From Spirochaetia bacterium (lineage in GTDB: Bacteria > Spirochaetota > Spirochaetia > SZUA-6 > Bin103): a stretch of 64,000 bases of DNA. Each line of letters begins with the position of its first letter. Position 1 is the stretch's first letter. The notes under the pieces were generated by a model. It saw only the letters and a list, made by a program, of their open reading frames with translations, ran no database searches and had not been told where the DNA came from. This document shows, in pieces, positions 60,345-64,000 of this stretch. The DNA lies in NCBI GenBank assembly GCA_965262935.1, contig OZ253572.1:6937980-7001979 (forward strand), read 5' to 3'. The position numbers and the translations under genes are program-made.

Positions 60345-61472
60345 TCATGAGTTGCCCGCGAAGGGTAACTCGATCTGAGACGAGCGGACAGGCAGCGGCG
60401 CGGGCTCGTACTCGGCAGAGAATACGCCGCCGGTCACGGCTTCGATCGCGGTCGGGACGATGAGTTGCAGGTCGGTCTCCTGGGCGGTAACGACGGGGAA
60501 TTCGTAGTGCCGGTTGACGTGCCGGCAGGGGCGGCCTGCCTCCTCTCGGGATTGCACGAAGCCCAGATGTGCGTGCAGGCGTCGCTGAGCGTATGCGCTT
60601 CCGAGTGAGACGGCGGTCTCGATGGTATTGCGGATCGGTTGCTCGAGACCGCGTTCGATCTCGAAGCCTATACTGGAGCGGCCGCCGGCGCTGGCGGCTG
60701 CCGTGGTGGTGCCGGTGCCGAGGAACGGGTCGAGCACCGTGTCGCCGATCAGCGAGTACATCTGGATCAGGCGGTAGGCCAACTCGAACGGGTACGCGCC
60801 GCTGCGCGCGCGGGCGTCAGGCTCGTCGATACCCGTGTTGTTGCCGAGGAGTTGCCGGGTGCCGACCAAACCGAGCCATACGTCGGAGAACCACTCGTTG
60901 CGTTCCTCCCAGAAGAAGGCGCTGCGCCTGCGGCGGGCCTTGTCGGCGGGCGAGAACGTGCGCGGGACGCCGTTGCGGGCGATCAGGATGTACTCGTGCT
61001 CGTAGGTGACGTAGGCGCCGGCCGGCAGCATGCCGGAGCCGAGGAACTTGTTGGGGGCGTTGGTCGGTTTGCGCCACAGGATGTCGGGAAGTATGGAGAA
61101 CCCGATCTCGATCAAGGCGTGCAGGATGCGGCTGTGGTTGGAGAACAGCCGGAATTCGCCGCCGATCTTGCGGGTGGCGTCGCCGATGTTGATGCATGCC
61201 AGCCCGCCCGGCTGCAGCACCCGGTGGCACTCGCGCCACACCGCGTCGAGGCGGGAATGCATCGACTCGAACGCCTGGCTCCCATCCTCGGCGGTAAGCG
61301 CGTTCGCGATGCTCGAGTCGGCCGCGGCGAACTGCTCGTCCCACAGCGCGATCATCGGGTAGGGGGGCGAGGTCACCACCAGCGCCACCGAGCCGTCGGC
61401 CACCGCCGCCATCTGCCGCGCATCTGCGAAATGGATCTGGTGCTGCGTCGTCTCCATCGGCAGCCGGCTCAC
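60345..61472 (-). CDS. Orphan amino-DNA methyltransferase, beta class (N4-C likely)
   Basis: TSPPY (motif IV) precedes DPFLGTGTT (motif I); GTGA overlap with ridA. Confidence 0.9.
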   Translation of the reverse strand: MSRLPMETTQHQIHFADARQMAAVADGSVALVVTSPPYPMIALWDEQFAAADSSIANALTAEDGSQAFESMHSRLDAVWRECHRVLQPGGLACINIGDATRKIGGEFRLFSNHSRILHALIEIGFSILPDILWRKPTNAPNKFLGSGMLPAGAYVTYEHEYILIARNGVPRTFSPADKARRRRSAFFWEERNEWFSDVWLGLVGTRQLLGNNTGIDEPDARARSGAYPFELAYRLIQMYSLIGDTVLDPFLGTGTTTAAASAGGRSSIGFEIERGLEQPIRNTIETAVSLGSAYAQRRLHAHLGFVQSREEAGRPCRHVNRHYEFPVVTAQETDLQLIVPTAIEAVTGGVFSAEYEPAPLPVRSSQIELPFAGNS

Positions 61473-61846
61473 ACGCCGGCGACCACATCGATTTCGACGC
61501 GGAACTGTTTGGCCAAGCCGGCCTGCACCGTGCTGCGCGCCGGCCGCGGCGCGGGAAAGAACTCCTCGTAGATCGCGTTCATCTCCGCGAACCGCGCCAT
61601 GTCGGTCAGGTAGACGGTCGCCTTCAGCACCTTGTCCATCGCCGAGCCGCCCGCCTCCACCAGCGTCCTGACGTTGGCCAGCACCTGCCGCACTTCGGCG
61701 CCGAAGTCACCCTCCACCGGCTCACCGGTGGCCGGATCGACGCCCACCTGCCCGGAAACGAACAACAACTCGCCCCAGCGCAGCGCCGGCGTATAGGGCC
61801 CGGCCGGCGCCGCTCCCTGTGCCGACGTAATCGGTGTCTTGTCCAT
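61469..61846 (-). CDS. ridA: RidA/YjgF enamine deaminase
   Basis: GPY, FVSGQ, MN..Y..FF, PARS; TAAGGAG SD. Confidence 0.9.
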   Translation of the reverse strand: MDKTPITSAQGAAPAGPYTPALRWGELLFVSGQVGVDPATGEPVEGDFGAEVRQVLANVRTLVEAGGSAMDKVLKATVYLTDMARFAEMNAIYEEFFPAPRPARSTVQAGLAKQFRVEIDVVAGV

Positions 61847-61940
61847 GTAATTGCTCCTTATGGACGCCGCTACGGCGCCTCTGCGAGACCGCGCAGTCGC
61901 GGCGCCCAGCATGCCGCACCACGGCGAACGACGCCAGCAC

Positions 61941-61994
61941 CTACAGAGCGGGATCCAGCGTGATTGGGCGTTTACACGGTGCCCAGCGGCTCAA
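61941..61994 (-). pseudogene. hicA: HicA toxin remnant (17 codons)
   Basis: TTG overlapping the hicB end: MSRWAPCKR-PITLDPAL*, resembling fused N- and C-termini of this HicA subfamily. Confidence 0.55.
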
Positions 61995-62244
61995 GGGAAG
62001 GGTCTCGATTGAGGTCAATGCCGGAGAGAACCGGTAACGGATGACCGAGCCTGAGCCCGAGGAGCAGCCAATCTTCGAGTGTCGAACGCAACGAACGTTC
62101 ACACTCGATCAGGGTCGTCCCGAAGGCCACCACGCCCGCGCAGGGTGGAATCCTTCCCGCGAATGTTCCATCCTCCAGCTTGTCGTACGTGGCCGCGGCG
62201 AGCGCCTCCTCAAGATAATCGGAAAGGACATACTCCCCGGTCAT
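61972..62244 (-). CDS. hicB: HicB-family antitoxin, short form
   Basis: YDKLEDGTFAGRIPPC.GV.AFG.T...C...L...LEDW...G..LP. Confidence 0.88.
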   Translation of the reverse strand: MTGEYVLSDYLEEALAAATYDKLEDGTFAGRIPPCAGVVAFGTTLIECERSLRSTLEDWLLLGLRLGHPLPVLSGIDLNRDPSLEPLGTV

Positions 62245-62405
62245 TCGGTAAGCCATGCAACCCCGGAGTCTACTCCGCCAGCGCCGCGGCGTCACCCGTG
62301 CACCGCCGGCACCCGCCGGCACCCCTGGGGCGCTACCCGGACCCGGCATCTCTACTCCGGAGGTCGACTCTTGTACCGTCGCGGCTCGTACGGCACCATT
62401 GTGGC

Positions 62406-63680
62406 GTGAGCGTACAAACCATTACCCCGGCGGCGGGGCCGGTCGACGCCGACGTGCGGGTGCCCGGGTCCAAGAGCCTGACCAATCGCGCCATGTGTCT
62501 GGCCGCACTGGCCTCCGGCACGTCGACTCTGCACAACGCCCTGTTCAGCGACGACACGCGCTACTTCGGTGCCGCCCTGCAGGCGCTCGGCATCGAAGTG
62601 CGGCAGGACGCCGACGCCGCGACGATCAGCGTCGACGGCCAGGGCGGCGCCATTCCGGCACGCGAGGCGGAGTTGTTCGTGGGCAACGCCGGCACGGCGG
62701 CGCGCTTCCTGACCGCCCTGCTGGCGCTGGGCGAGGGCTGCTACACGGTCGATGGCGTACCGCGCATGCGCGAGCGGCCGATCGACGAGCTGCTCGCCGC
62801 GCTGGCCGCGCAGGGGGCGCGCATCACGTCGGACACGGAGCCGCCGCGCATGCCGTTCACCCTGTGCGGCGCCGGGTTGGCCGGGGGACACCTCGAAATC
62901 TCCGGCATGCGCAGCAGTCAGCCGATCTCCGCCCTGCTCATGGTGGCGCCGCTGGCGCGTATCAACATGACGCTGCACATCACCGGCGAGCTGGTATCGA
63001 AACCGTTCGTGGGCATGACCACGCGCCTCATGGCGCAGTTCGGCGTGACCGTGGCCGGCCGCGACACAAGCCTGTATATCGCCGCCGGGCAGCGCTACTG
63101 GGCGCACGATCTGGTGATCGAGCCGGATGCCACCAACGCCTCCTACTTCTTCGCGGCCGCCGCGGTCACCGGCGGCCGGGTGCGGGTGGCTGGCCTGACG
63201 CGCGACTCGCTGCAGGGCGACTTGGCGTTCCTGGAAGTGCTGCAGCGGATGCGCTGCAAGGTACGCTGGCGTGGCGACGTGGTCACCGTGCAGGGACCGG
63301 CGCAGCTCGCCGGCATCGACGTCAACCTGTCCTCGATCAGCGACACGGCGCCCACGCTGGCGGCGATCGCGCCGTTCGCCAAGACGCCGGTGACCATCCG
63401 CGGCATCGCCCACACGCGCCTGCAGGAGACCGACCGGGTGACCGCGCTGGCCACCGAGCTGCGCCGCCTCGGGGTGCCGGTCGAAGAGCGCGACGACGGC
63501 CTGCGCATCGAGCCGGCGCAGCCGCGCGGCGCCACGGTCCAAACCTACGACGACCACCGCATCGCGATGGCGTTCGCGGTCACCGGCCTGCGCGTCCCCG
63601 GCATCGCCATCGCCGACCCCGGCTGCACCGCCAAAACCTTCCCCGACTACTTCACCCGCTTCGCGCCACTCGAGGGATAG
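62406..63680 (+). CDS. aroA: 3-phosphoshikimate 1-carboxyvinyltransferase
   Basis: PGSKSLTNR, GNAGTAARF, RPI, SSQ, ETDR, DDHRIAMAF, KTFP. Confidence 0.97.
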   Translation: MSVQTITPAAGPVDADVRVPGSKSLTNRAMCLAALASGTSTLHNALFSDDTRYFGAALQALGIEVRQDADAATISVDGQGGAIPAREAELFVGNAGTAARFLTALLALGEGCYTVDGVPRMRERPIDELLAALAAQGARITSDTEPPRMPFTLCGAGLAGGHLEISGMRSSQPISALLMVAPLARINMTLHITGELVSKPFVGMTTRLMAQFGVTVAGRDTSLYIAAGQRYWAHDLVIEPDATNASYFFAAAAVTGGRVRVAGLTRDSLQGDLAFLEVLQRMRCKVRWRGDVVTVQGPAQLAGIDVNLSSISDTAPTLAAIAPFAKTPVTIRGIAHTRLQETDRVTALATELRRLGVPVEERDDGLRIEPAQPRGATVQTYDDHRIAMAFAVTGLRVPGIAIADPGCTAKTFPDYFTRFAPLEG

Positions 63681-63782
63681 CCACCCCCTCATGCGGCGGG
63701 CGGCGTGCACCGCCAACGGTAGGCCGATGCGCATGAACCGCCGGCGCGCCGCGCACATAATCTCAGTTCGGGGCTAACAGAC

Positions 63783-64000
63783 TCATCGAACCTTCCGGAA
63801 CGCCTCCGTCGCCTGCTCAATCCGGCTCGTGATGGACGCCGCCTCCGTGGTGCTTCGATCCGTGGCGTCTCGAAATGCTTGCTGGCGCGCGAGCTTCATC
63901 GCAGCGTTTCCGAGTTGATCCGAATCGACGATCTCTCCTTGCTCTATTCGTCTGGCAAGCCCGATCAACATCGCATCCGTGACCGCCACGTTGAGACCTC
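63783..64000 (-). CDS. C-terminus of a probable DUF262-family protein (runs off the window)
   Basis: Frame open to the window edge: LNVAVTDAMLIGLARR...F.DAT.RSTT....I.SRI..A. Confidence 0.5.
   Translation of the reverse strand, partial: GLNVAVTDAMLIGLARRIEQGEIVDSDQLGNAAMKLARQQAFRDATDRSTTEAASITSRIEQATEAFRKVR

Noticed and set aside
1-64000. tRNA, rRNA, riboswitches, intact transposase or integrase, prophage
   Set aside because: No such signatures seen by eye; a covariance-model search is needed to exclude small RNAs

Overview
A very GC-rich bacterial chromosomal segment. Gene content suggests a spirochaete-like organism (inference: stand-alone DbpA RNA-binding-domain protein, MoxR-Bat cluster, MMPL/LolA-like/outer-membrane trio). 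The backbone is housekeeping: alr, ilvC, trmB, dksA-like, infA, argJ-moxR-DUF58-bat, rmuC-like, aceE, pstS, aceF-lpdA-rlmN, fba, xylA, acyltransferase-pyrG-purA, ridA, aroA, plus two sulfatases and three oxidoreductases. Between these blocks sit many small, lower-GC accessory islets: toxin-antitoxin genes, five AAA/ABC-type ATPase genes, HEPN-MNT, an orphan DNA methyltransferase, and IS1 and HNH remnants. Three patterns recur. (i) Toxin/effector genes are repeatedly broken by internal deletions that keep both gene ends (higB, hicA, rloB, an AAA_14 ATPase, the partner of a DUF1828 gene), while antitoxins stay intact. (ii) Four stand-alone ATPase genes each have an inverted repeat over or just upstream of the promoter or start. 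(iii) Many genes look leaderless. No rRNA, tRNA or CRISPR array was found. Several single-base frameshifts in core genes may be sequencing errors. Family calls come from motif recognition, not database searches.
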